Of a DNA stretch of 49,361 nt, positions 1-8,286 are shown one piece after another. Origin of the DNA: a virus (taxonomy: Duplodnaviria; Caudoviricetes). Each line of letters begins with the position of its first letter. Position 1 is the first letter of the stretch. The stretch covers positions 1 through 49,361 of the IMG/VR virus record IMGVR_UViG_3300014885_000004, one strand, 5' to 3'. The position numbers and the translations under genes were made by a program. The notes under the pieces were generated by a model. It was not told the origin of the DNA and did no database searches. It worked only from the letters and a program-made list of their open reading frames with translations.

Positions 1-123
1 CATAGCCTGCGGCGCACCGCGGCCCCTGCCCCCTCCCGGGAAGGCGGACTCCAAGAGGCTCCAGATACCAAGTACCGTCTCGGACCAGTGGGGTACCCGC
101 CGCCGGGGCCTAGCCGTGCTCTC
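1..123. repeat. Terminal direct repeat (identical to 49239-49361); circular assembly overlap
   Basis: Exact 123-bp match between the contig ends; an ORF reads in frame through the junction. Confidence 0.95.
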
Positions 124-294
124 TCCACGTCGTACCCAGGACGGGGATTCCTCCGGGTACTCCTTCGAGGTTCGCACGGACAATGGGATACCGGCGAGCT
201 CGGAAATGGGCGGGAGCCCGTAATAGCGCCTTTGTGCCTCGGCAATGGAGGGGGATCGCCGAGCACGCTCCTCAGGCGTTATAGGCGCGGCCAT
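1..294 (-). CDS. 5' part of the origin-spanning HExxH protein (continues to 48309)
   Basis: ATG at 294-292 with SD GAGGAG upstream; manual translation MAAPITPEERARR... has no stop and joins ORF 48309..49292 in frame. Confidence 0.8.
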   Translation of the reverse strand, partial: MAAPITPEERARRSPSIAEAQRRYYGLPPISELAGIPLSVRTSKEYPEESPSWVRRGESTARPRRRVPHWSETVLGIWSLLESAFPGGGRGRGAPQAM

Positions 295-1058
295 AGCCTG
301 TCACTCCTCTCCCTGGGGGCTCGTGAATCCCTGCGCCCGGGCTCATCCCGGCAGTCTCGGCAGACCACCATCCTCGGGACCTCCCCGTCCAACACCGCTG
401 CGGAAGCGGGCTCCTCGTTCCCGCATCGGGGACATAGGAACCAGCGGGAGCCCTGTTGCCGGTTCGCGATACTCGAGGGTTCGTTCAGGACCGCATACTG
501 GAGGGCCAGGGAATCCCACTGACCCAAGCTGAGGTTCCCGAACTCCATGAAGCTGGAGAGGTCAACTGGGCCGAAGGACGGGTTGGAGAGGATGATACCC
601 ACCGCGTCACCGGGGGTCCAGAGCGGATGGTGGGTCACCCACTGGATCCGCGCCTCGATATCGGCAATGAGCGCTTCGGGGAAGGCCACGCTGGTATCCT
701 CCCCCGGGGCGGCGGAACCGGGGTTTTGAACCAGGAACCCGCGGTTGAATTGGGCAAGCGTGGGCTGCGCCGACGGCAGGTTGGAGTCAGAGAAGGGCGC
801 CGGGGGGCTGGCCGGGTCCACGGTGGCCAGCGTGAAGGCAAAGAAGCGCGGGGCAGGGAACGAGGCCCCCGAGAACAGGATATCCAGCGCGCTCGTGATC
901 CGACCGAGGACGAAGAGGCCCTTCTCCACTCCCACGATCGGGATGCGAATGCCGAGGTGGCTTTCTCCCACAGTGATGAAGTACTGGTTGTCCACGTAGA
1001 ACCCGCCAGGGGACTCCCGGCCCACCTGACAGCTGATGGTGAGAGTGGAGTAGGGCAT
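279..1058 (-). CDS. Hypothetical, probably virion structural protein (259 aa)
   Basis: In the late operon; SD GGAGG upstream; beta-strand-like composition; no family recognised. Confidence 0.6.
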   Translation of the reverse strand: MPYSTLTISCQVGRESPGGFYVDNQYFITVGESHLGIRIPIVGVEKGLFVLGRITSALDILFSGASFPAPRFFAFTLATVDPASPPAPFSDSNLPSAQPTLAQFNRGFLVQNPGSAAPGEDTSVAFPEALIADIEARIQWVTHHPLWTPGDAVGIILSNPSFGPVDLSSFMEFGNLSLGQWDSLALQYAVLNEPSSIANRQQGSRWFLCPRCGNEEPASAAVLDGEVPRMVVCRDCRDEPGRRDSRAPRERSDRLWPRL

Positions 1059-1096
1059 CCGGCCCTCCTAGTCCTCCTTCGCCGTCGTCTTGATCG

Positions 1097-1381
1097 TCAG
1101 GCCGCCGGCTTGACCGGGATGGCCGCGGCGCCGGCAATCGTGCCGTCGGGGGCGCGCACTTCGAGCTTGCCGGCCGAGGTCAGCGCGGGCACCGTCGGAG
1201 CCGCGATCATGCCGCCGAAGGTGGCGAGCACCAGCGCCGCCCAGCCGGTGCGCGTCACCGGGATCACCTGCCCGGTCGCGGCCGTCTGCCCGAGCACCAT
1301 CGCTCCACCGAGCGCCGCGCCGCGCATCACGCGCTGGAAGAGCCCCTCGTCGCTGAAGAAGCGCCTGAAGAACGGGATCAT
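1097..1381 (-). CDS. Putative holin (94 aa)
   Basis: Two hydrophobic segments (AALGGAMVLG, GWAALVLATFGGMIAA); directly downstream of the endolysin. Confidence 0.6.
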   Translation of the reverse strand: MIPFFRRFFSDEGLFQRVMRGAALGGAMVLGQTAATGQVIPVTRTGWAALVLATFGGMIAAPTVPALTSAGKLEVRAPDGTIAGAAAIPVKPAA

Positions 1382-1383
1382 GG

Positions 1384-1866
1384 TTACCCCCTGTTCGGCC
1401 GCATCAGCGCGGCCAGTCGTTGAGCGCGCGGCCCGACTTGAGCCGCCCACTTGAAAGCGAGCATTCGATCTGCGGCCTTGTCAAGGCTCGCCTCGTGCCC
1501 GTTGGAGAAGTAGTCCCGTATGTGGGCCCAGAACGAGGTGAGCGATGCGAGGCCGGCCGCGCCAAGGTTGAAGCACATGTTCATCAGCACGCGCTGGCGC
1601 TCGTCGTTGAGGTCACGCCACTGAGGTTCGATGGCGTCCAGCCCACGCTCGGCCTTGCCGATCGAGAGGTCGAGGAGCAGATCCACGACCCACTCCGGCA
1701 GCGGGTTGGCGTCGAGATTCCATCCGACTCCAATCGTGAGATGCCCCTTCGACGTGCAGGTGCAAAGACGCCACGACTGACCGCAGCAGTCGAGGTAGGG
1801 CGAGGTACGACGAGCCTCGTCCCGCGTGAGCTCAGCGCGCAGCTTGATCGGGTCGTAGCTGCTCAC
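1384..1866 (-). CDS. Endolysin, T4-lysozyme-like (GH24)
   Basis: DE-x8-D...GHLTIGVGWNL, RQRVLMNMCFNLG and KWAAQVGPRAQRL motifs. Confidence 0.9.
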   Translation of the reverse strand: MSSYDPIKLRAELTRDEARRTSPYLDCCGQSWRLCTCTSKGHLTIGVGWNLDANPLPEWVVDLLLDLSIGKAERGLDAIEPQWRDLNDERQRVLMNMCFNLGAAGLASLTSFWAHIRDYFSNGHEASLDKAADRMLAFKWAAQVGPRAQRLAALMRPNRG

Positions 1867-2015
1867 CAGTCCTCCGGGTGTGTCGCGCCGCGCACGCTGC
1901 GCCAGCGATCCTTGAACCAGCGCCGCGCACCGCCGTAGCGAATTGAGTGGATCAGGAGCAAGATCGCTACCACAGGTGGACGCACAACCGCGACGACAGC
2001 GCCGCGTATCGTCAC
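1863..2015 (-). CDS. Small membrane protein (50 aa), lysis region
   Basis: GTG start overlaps the upstream stop (GTGA); hydrophobic N-half, basic C-half; stop overlaps the endolysin start. Confidence 0.45.
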   Translation of the reverse strand: MTIRGAVVAVVRPPVVAILLLIHSIRYGGARRWFKDRWRSVRGATHPEDW

Positions 2016-2173
2016 CGTAGGTAGCCCAGCAGGTAGAGGACGAGGATCACAACCAGAACCGCGCCGATGCCTTGACTCGGCCCAGGCCCCCACGCCCGTG
2101 CATGCGGCCACACCGGCAGCACGCCAACCAGCATGAGGACGACGACGATCAGAAGGATGGTTCCGAGGTTCAT
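2012..2173 (-). CDS. DUF3309-like two-TM small protein (53 aa; not in ORF track)
   Basis: Manual translation MNLGTILLIVVVLMLVGVLPVWPHARAWGPGPSQGIGAVLVVILVLYLLGYLR matches the DUF3309 pattern; ATGA overlap. Confidence 0.8.
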   Translation of the reverse strand: MNLGTILLIVVVLMLVGVLPVWPHARAWGPGPSQGIGAVLVVILVLYLLGYLR

Positions 2174-2385
2174 AGGGTCTCCCTCTTCGCGCGCATCCGC
2201 GCAGTGTCACGCCTGTTGCGCCGTGGTCGGTACTGGACCCGGCCGTTGCGAACGCGGAAGTCCATATCGTGGACGAGCCCGCAGTCGCAGCACACGATCC
2301 GGTCGTAGCCTCCCACGACCTCGACCCACTCACCGCTCTCGATGACGCGGTCGAGCGCGCCGTCAACTTCGACTCGGTCACTCAC
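2170..2385 (-). CDS. Small Cys/His protein (CCDCGLVH), phage hypothetical
   Basis: Coupled start/stop overlaps on both sides; CCDCGLVH metal-binding-like motif. Confidence 0.7.
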   Translation of the reverse strand: MSDRVEVDGALDRVIESGEWVEVVGGYDRIVCCDCGLVHDMDFRVRNGRVQYRPRRNRRDTARMRAKRETL

Positions 2386-3011
2386 TTGAACACCGCCAAG
2401 ATTCCCATCACAATAGCGAACAGGAGCGAGACGCCGGTCACGATCAGGTGGAGGTTCGCCTGCGTGCTGCGCGTGTCGGCGTGAGCCTCCGTCTTCTGCG
2501 AGGTCTGCCCTTCGCCGCGTGCCTCGATGCGCCCCACCCGCTCTTTCACGTCAGCCACCTTGCCCTCCAGCGCGGCTGCGGTGGCGCTAACGAGCGTGGA
2601 GATCTGGTCGATGCGCTTGTCGGTCGAAGACTCGCTCTTGGCGACGGACTGACCGAAGGCCACGGCCTGTTTCTCAGCCGCCTCCTTCTGGGCCGCGAGT
2701 GCGGCGTCGAGCGCGTCCTTGCTGTCGCGCTTGCTCGTCTCGCCGCGCACGTCGCGCTCGCTGAACTGCTGCACGATGCTCTCGAACCGCTGGTCGTGGA
2801 CGCTGATCGCTGCCTTGATCTTCTCGTCCATTCTCGCGGGCGCCATATCTGTTGTCTTCTGCAACAGCTCGATGGCCTTGTCCATCCCATTGAGTCTCGT
2901 CTCGAGGACCTCGCGTAGCCAGGCGAGCTCGCGAAGGAGCTGCTGCGTGGTGAGGACCGTCGGGTCAGGGATCGGACGCCTTCCGTTGTCGTCGCCAAGT
3001 CCATCTGCCAT
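2382..3011 (-). CDS. Coiled-coil protein with C-terminal TM helix (lysis-associated)
   Basis: Heptad-rich helix; C-terminal LIVTGVSLLFAIVMGILAVF. Confidence 0.75.
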   Translation of the reverse strand: MADGLGDDNGRRPIPDPTVLTTQQLLRELAWLREVLETRLNGMDKAIELLQKTTDMAPARMDEKIKAAISVHDQRFESIVQQFSERDVRGETSKRDSKDALDAALAAQKEAAEKQAVAFGQSVAKSESSTDKRIDQISTLVSATAAALEGKVADVKERVGRIEARGEGQTSQKTEAHADTRSTQANLHLIVTGVSLLFAIVMGILAVFK

Positions 3012-3015
3012 GAGG

Positions 3016-4110
3016 TTATTCCTCTTCCAGTATCAGCACCCACAGCTTCCCGGTGGCGCGTTCCCAGCACGCGAGCGCGAGCCGCCCGTCCGCGAGCCGG
3101 TAGTCCACCATCGCGTCGATCACCCCGGAGCCGGCGACTGCGAGCCACGTCGCGCCGGTCCAGACGTGGAGATCCGCGCGCGCTCCGGCCGCGTAGTCGC
3201 CCCACGTCGCGAGCAGCTTGTCGCCCCACACGACCGGGTGCTGGTTCGTCCACGATCTCACCCAGACCGGGATCGGCTCTCCGACCTCGCCGTCGCGCCA
3301 CAGCCGAAGGTCGCACCGCGGATCGTCTGGACTCTGCGACCACGCGCACCGACCGGCGACCGTTCGCCCAGTCCGGGGAGTCTTGAGCGCGATGACGAGC
3401 CCCCCCGCGGCGTCGAGATCCCACGAGCACTCGGAGCCCATGTCCACGTCGCCGTCGAAGATGCGGTAGCGCGCCGCCTGCGCGTCAAGCGGTGGCGACT
3501 CCCACGCGGACGAGCCGAGCGGGCGGAAGCGCCCGGACTCCGACACCTCGGCCGCGCATAGCGGGCCTCGGCGCACCTGATTCGGAGACTCGACCGCGAG
3601 CCACACCGCCCGGCCCGCCCGCGCGCGGAACTCCACCTGCTCGTAGCCGCCGGGGATCGTGCGCGCGTTCACCACCACGCGCCCGACTCCGGCGAGGCCG
3701 AAGCGGAACCAGTCGAAGCCGTCGCCGCCCACGAGCGCGCCGGCCGCGTGCAGCCACGGCCCGTCGAAGGCGTAGTCCATGCTGATGCGGCAAGCGAGGT
3801 CGATCGGCTCCTTGCCGGGCACGCGCACGCACCCGTGGCCGGCGTCGCGCTCCGGGTAGGCGACCACGAGCTCGCCGTTCCACACCCCGACCGCAGGAGC
3901 CCAATGCACGTTGTCCTTGCCGGGTTCCAGCGCGACGTGCGAAACGCGCACCGTCTCGTCACCCATGACGCGACTCAGGTAAACGTGCCCGTCTGCCTTC
4001 AGCGCGTAGGTGATCCAGAGATCCCCCTCGTGCTCCACGAGCGGCGTCCCGCTGTACATGAGCGTGCGCGTGCCCGCGGCGATCTCGTGCGTGGAGATGA
4101 CTTTCAGCAT
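3016..4110 (-). CDS. Hypothetical, possible beta-propeller protein (364 aa)
   Basis: Start MLKVIST overlaps the upstream stop (TGATG); repeated beta-strand/Trp motifs (DLWITY, ELVVAY, KLLATW, RLALACW). Confidence 0.55.
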   Translation of the reverse strand: MLKVISTHEIAAGTRTLMYSGTPLVEHEGDLWITYALKADGHVYLSRVMGDETVRVSHVALEPGKDNVHWAPAVGVWNGELVVAYPERDAGHGCVRVPGKEPIDLACRISMDYAFDGPWLHAAGALVGGDGFDWFRFGLAGVGRVVVNARTIPGGYEQVEFRARAGRAVWLAVESPNQVRRGPLCAAEVSESGRFRPLGSSAWESPPLDAQAARYRIFDGDVDMGSECSWDLDAAGGLVIALKTPRTGRTVAGRCAWSQSPDDPRCDLRLWRDGEVGEPIPVWVRSWTNQHPVVWGDKLLATWGDYAAGARADLHVWTGATWLAVAGSGVIDAMVDYRLADGRLALACWERATGKLWVLILEEE

Positions 4111-5423
4111 CAATAGTCCAGCCCGGAGAGCTTCTCCGTCACCGCGCGGCCGAGGTTGATGACTCCGCACCCGTACTGATCGTTCCACCGATTTACGTTC
4201 CAAGCAGCGCCGGGGAACTCCGTTGTGCCCTTCGGCCACGCCGCTGCGTAGGCCGTGGAGCCGATCTTGTCCGCCGTTCGGCAGAGGCGTTGCATGATTG
4301 CGAGCCGCTGCACGCGCGTCGGCGGACTGGAGCAGGCGTATCGCTCGCACATGACCATCAGCACTCCAGCGAGGGTGCCGGAAGTCCAGCTTGCCGCCGC
4401 CGAGTCCCACGTTACTGAGTAGGCGTAGATGCTCATGTCATCCAGCGAGGAGAGGGGTAGAGCCCGACACCAGTTGTCGTGCGGTGCCTTGGTACGCGGG
4501 TCCAACGGCAGAACGGACACCTGAGATGGTACGCAGGACGAACAGATGAACCCGGTAGCGGCAGTCCCGGCGGCCATCTCGTTTGCGTAGAATGGTCCTG
4601 TGCCGTCGAGATCGGTGTCGTGGGTCGCGTAGAAGTCCTCACACGCTGCCTGACAGGTTAGCCCGGAGCCCACGGCATCGGTCGTACAGCGTGGAGCGGA
4701 GATCGCTGTGACACCCATCTCCACCGCGTAGTCGAACAGGGCCTCCTCCTGCACCCCAATGGTGTTCAGGCTGAGCGCGAGGTACTTGGCGTTGTGCGCT
4801 ACGCCAATGTCACGATTTGGGAACACACGACCTACAGCCATCGCGGCGGCGGTCGAGTCATGCGCGGTGGTATCGTCTGTGCAGTTAGCTGTTCCACCCG
4901 GGTCACAGTTGTTGAGGCTGCTGTCGTGCAGAAGCTCGCGGTCGTTCGGTAGTACGGTGGAAGCTAGGTTGGGTCCGTGGATGTCGTCGATGTAGGTGTT
5001 AGCGTCCCCTCCGTCGGCTGCATCGAACACACATTCGGTTCCGAGCAAGCAACCTTCGTTTGGGTTCTCCCAAATCGCACCGGAGGCGAAGTGGATGCCG
5101 AACCATCGCTTGTCGATCCCGCCGAACTCAGAGGGTGTACCTGCTCCCGTACTCGGGTCGCAGCGTTGGCAGTACGCAAACGCACCTTCCGGGTTACGGA
5201 ACGCGACGAGTCTGCCGGTCCCGTCCGCCCCGTAGGCCCAGGCGACGTACGAGTCCATAGCCTTATGGGTAGGCTGGTACGCCCCCAAGCAGTGGGAGGA
5301 ACTATACGCATGGGTGGGAAGAGTGGGCAGGGTGTACATGGTACACCGCGCCCCGTACCCTTCACGGGGGAGTAGCGCTAGGAACGCGCTAACGCTGACA
5401 GCGCACGCGAGCGTCCAGTTCAT
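4110..5423 (-). CDS. Secreted, Cys-rich, divergent subtilisin-like (S8) protein
   Basis: Signal-like N-terminus; S8-like segments YIDDIHG, AHDSTAAAMA...IGVAHNAKYL, DSAAASWTSG and TADKIG...YGCGVINLGRAV. Confidence 0.65.
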   Translation of the reverse strand: MNWTLACAVSVSAFLALLPREGYGARCTMYTLPTLPTHAYSSSHCLGAYQPTHKAMDSYVAWAYGADGTGRLVAFRNPEGAFAYCQRCDPSTGAGTPSEFGGIDKRWFGIHFASGAIWENPNEGCLLGTECVFDAADGGDANTYIDDIHGPNLASTVLPNDRELLHDSSLNNCDPGGTANCTDDTTAHDSTAAAMAVGRVFPNRDIGVAHNAKYLALSLNTIGVQEEALFDYAVEMGVTAISAPRCTTDAVGSGLTCQAACEDFYATHDTDLDGTGPFYANEMAAGTAATGFICSSCVPSQVSVLPLDPRTKAPHDNWCRALPLSSLDDMSIYAYSVTWDSAAASWTSGTLAGVLMVMCERYACSSPPTRVQRLAIMQRLCRTADKIGSTAYAAAWPKGTTEFPGAAWNVNRWNDQYGCGVINLGRAVTEKLSGLDY

Positions 5424-5943
5424 CACATCCACCTACACAGTCAAGGAGGAACATCAGGAACCGGAATTGTCCGGTAGAGACTCGCTCGATGAGGCGCCTG
5501 GCGGGGACCCCGTCTGAGTCTCCGGTTGAGAGGTTCACACCTACAAATAGGCCACTTGTAAGCTCCGAGCACGTGGGCTCGGAAAGTGGGGTCACGTCGC
5601 CGAGGCCAGCTGGGGATGGCAACGGATCCTCACAGTCGAAGGCACGCACGGTCAGTTCCGCGGCGTTGACGTCCACAGCGGGCACGGCCAGCTGGACCTT
5701 TAGATCCCCCTTTCCCGTGCAGTCGAAGGGGCCAACCCAGTCTCCGTCTTCACAGGAATCCGTACGGGTCGCAGTGTCGCACCCGTTCTCTGTTAGGTCC
5801 AGGCAACAGGTCCAGCGCCATGCAGCGACGTCCCCGGACGCCCCGGGGGTACGCGCTACATTGTTAGCCGGGCCCAACTGCGCGGCTACGGCCCACGCCA
5901 GTCCGGGCCACCCTAGGAGGAGAAGGAGAAGGGCTCGCTTCAT
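5389..5943 (-). CDS. Secreted Cys-rich protein (184 aa)
   Basis: MKRALLLLLLGWPGLAWA signal peptide; 10 Cys; TGATG coupling to the upstream gene. Confidence 0.7.
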   Translation of the reverse strand: MKRALLLLLLGWPGLAWAVAAQLGPANNVARTPGASGDVAAWRWTCCLDLTENGCDTATRTDSCEDGDWVGPFDCTGKGDLKVQLAVPAVDVNAAELTVRAFDCEDPLPSPAGLGDVTPLSEPTCSELTSGLFVGVNLSTGDSDGVPARRLIERVSTGQFRFLMFLLDCVGGCDELDARVRCQR

Positions 5944-6773
5944 CACGCGACTCCCGAGCCACGGGTACCGGCCACGACGTACCGGTCCACGAGGAGGAGA
6001 GTGTTGTCCCCCGTAGAGTTCACAACGCCGAAGTTGGGGCGGAAGGGCCCTGCAGCGTTGGGGAATACGAGATCGGGCGTATCCCGGACCTTCCTCCAAC
6101 GACGTGCCCCAGCCGGCTTGAAGTACCACTTGCAGGATTTCCCGGTTACCAGGCCTGCCCCCGCCCTTTTCTCCATGGTGATGGCGAAGTCATACCAGGA
6201 GCCTAGGACGAGATCGATACCGGAATCCGCTTCGTTGGCGTTGTTGAAGTCGGACTCCCAGGCGAAGAGGCTCAGGGCTCCGTCGACCCGGAACCCCCAC
6301 CCTGCGTTGGCGGTGACGGACAAACTCCCGGTCGTGGTGAGTGGAGCGGATGCGGACCGCATCCCGAGGCTCCAGGCTCCGTTGGGCCCCGTGCCCTGGG
6401 TGAGGCGAGCTCGGAACCTGGCTACCTGACGCAGGTCGTACGGGGGTGCGATGGGGTTGCCCCAGGCCCCTGCATGGTAGATCGAGGGCACGACCAGGCC
6501 GGTCCAGACCCCCGTGCTGTCCGCGGTACCGGCGTCGAGTGCTAGTGCCCCCTGCTCGTAGTACACGGCACCGGCAGCGAGGAGACCCACGGTGTTGGCG
6601 ACGGGCGCGCCGATCACGGTTGCTGGATAGTCCGTGGCGTTGAGCACGTGGAAGTCCTCGTCGACTGCGAAGCCGCTGTTCCTGTCGACAAGGCACATGG
6701 GGAGGTCCCTCGCCTCGGGGATGCCGAGAAGGGCCTCTTCGGACGTGAGAAGTTGGTCCCAACGAGTAGGCAT
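5943..6773 (-). CDS. Putative virion protein (276 aa)
   Basis: First gene after MCP; SD AAGGAG; beta-sandwich-like composition. Confidence 0.6.
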   Translation of the reverse strand: MPTRWDQLLTSEEALLGIPEARDLPMCLVDRNSGFAVDEDFHVLNATDYPATVIGAPVANTVGLLAAGAVYYEQGALALDAGTADSTGVWTGLVVPSIYHAGAWGNPIAPPYDLRQVARFRARLTQGTGPNGAWSLGMRSASAPLTTTGSLSVTANAGWGFRVDGALSLFAWESDFNNANEADSGIDLVLGSWYDFAITMEKRAGAGLVTGKSCKWYFKPAGARRWRKVRDTPDLVFPNAAGPFRPNFGVVNSTGDNTLLLVDRYVVAGTRGSGVA

Positions 6774-6837
6774 GTGATCTCCTTACGGCAGGCCGGGGCC
6801 TACCTGGTGAAGGTACCGTTCAGGGATCGGTGGTCGG

Positions 6838-7734
6838 TCACGCCCCCTGGGAGCCCCAGAAGCCCCAGAAGTTCATGAAGCCGGCGGAGCAGCGGAAGTC
6901 CACCTTGGACTTCATGTCTCCAGAGTCGAAGTCATCGGACGAGCGCATGCGGATCGGCCTGCGGATGTAGATCCGCAGGTCATGCTCGTCCTTGTTGGCG
7001 TGGACGAACCAGGCGCTGGTGGAGGTCAGGTAGTGGCTGGTGAAGTAGCTCAGGTCCTCTTCCAGGAGCGCGTTGGGGTCGTTCTGCGCCGTCTCGGGCT
7101 TCTTCGTGCTCTGCAGGAGCTCCCGGGCCTTCCACTTCAGCTCGGGGGGGACCAACAGGTGGCGGGCCGAGATCGCGACCGGGAGCTGCCTGTGATCCTT
7201 CTGCCTCTCGAAGTTGTCGAGGGCCGACTGCAGGTTGGCCGCCGTCAGGTCCAGCGGTGTGGCCGGCATGTTGGACGCGGTGCCACCGCCGAGGAGCGGG
7301 TGCGCCGTGCTGCAGAGAGGCATGTTGTCCTGACCCACCCGTGTGGCGTCGAAGGCCAAGTTGATCGTGTCCCAGGCGATGGTCTCGATCGTGTGCTTGG
7401 CCGACCGTGCGAGGGCGAGGACTACCCGCCGGGTTACCCCGTACAGGTCGTCGTCCGCCATCTCCTCGGTGACGCGCCACCCACTTGCGTAGGTGATGTG
7501 GGTGAACCGGACGATGTTGCCCTGGATGATGTCGTCGTAGAGAACGTTGGTGCCTTCCGGCTTCTCCGGGACCGGGCCCAGACCGGCATACACGATGTCC
7601 TCTTCGTAGGCACGCTCGGACGTTTCCACGTTGAAGATCCGGGAGTACTCCATCGGATGCTTCTCCAGGTAATCGTAGAACACGTGCCGGAATCCAGGGT
7701 CCAGGAGTCGGGCAAGGCTGCCTGTGGATGCCAT
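6838..7734 (-). CDS. Major capsid protein (HK97 fold, Mu gpT-like family)
   Basis: YSRIFNVETSERAYEE, V.EK.EG..V.YD, LARSA..T.E, LCSTAHPL, LLVPPEL, DFDSGDMKSK...RCSAGF; position after scaffold. Confidence 0.9.
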   Translation of the reverse strand: MASTGSLARLLDPGFRHVFYDYLEKHPMEYSRIFNVETSERAYEEDIVYAGLGPVPEKPEGTNVLYDDIIQGNIVRFTHITYASGWRVTEEMADDDLYGVTRRVVLALARSAKHTIETIAWDTINLAFDATRVGQDNMPLCSTAHPLLGGGTASNMPATPLDLTAANLQSALDNFERQKDHRQLPVAISARHLLVPPELKWKARELLQSTKKPETAQNDPNALLEEDLSYFTSHYLTSTSAWFVHANKDEHDLRIYIRRPIRMRSSDDFDSGDMKSKVDFRCSAGFMNFWGFWGSQGA

Positions 7735-7755
7735 GAGGGAGGTTCTCCTTCTTGA

Positions 7756-8271
7756 TCACGCCGCCGCGTCGCGATGACCCCACTGCGAGGTGATCACGCG
7801 GACGTACGCCTTCTGGAAGTTGGGGGAGGTCGAGTCGTTGTAGCCGGCCGGGAGGCCGACGATCTGGAAGAGGGCATCGGCCGCGACGCCCACGTCCACC
7901 TGGTGCACTCCGCCGCCGGAGATGATCAGGTCGTGGTACTCCATGATGTCCTCGAGGGCAGGGGTCGCGTCGCAGGCCATGAGGAAGATCACGTCTTCGG
8001 CCCCGACGATCACGGGGATCGTGGAACCAGCCAGGCCCGTGGCGCCCTTGGTGGCCACGCCCAGCACCGCAGCGGCACCGGTGGCAGCCTCCTGGATCTG
8101 CCCTGTGGCAGCATCGACTGCTACGAACTGTCCCGCTTCGAACGTGGCAGCTGCGATCTCCTGGAACTCGTGCACCGGAGATCCGGGCCCGAGGCGGCGC
8201 ACGAACTGTGCGTTGAGGAGAATCTGTGCTGCGGCTCGAGTGGACGACTTGCTTGTGTTCCAACCAGGCAT
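7756..8271 (-). CDS. Capsid decoration/cement protein
   Basis: Ala/Gly-rich (GQFVAVD, VLGVA); directly upstream of MCP. Confidence 0.6.
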   Translation of the reverse strand: MPGWNTSKSSTRAAAQILLNAQFVRRLGPGSPVHEFQEIAAATFEAGQFVAVDAATGQIQEAATGAAAVLGVATKGATGLAGSTIPVIVGAEDVIFLMACDATPALEDIMEYHDLIISGGGVHQVDVGVAADALFQIVGLPAGYNDSTSPNFQKAYVRVITSQWGHRDAAA

Positions 8272-8286
8272 GTGCGGGTCTCCTTC

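Noticed and set aside
1-123. Terminal repeat as a biological direct terminal repeat
   Set aside because: It falls mid-gene and is k-mer-sized; better explained as circular assembly overlap
3016-4410. Upstream extensions of ORF-track calls (e.g. 4410, 6129, 46782, 25834, 27883)
   Set aside because: They overlap real upstream genes; SDs and stop/start coupling support the shorter starts used here
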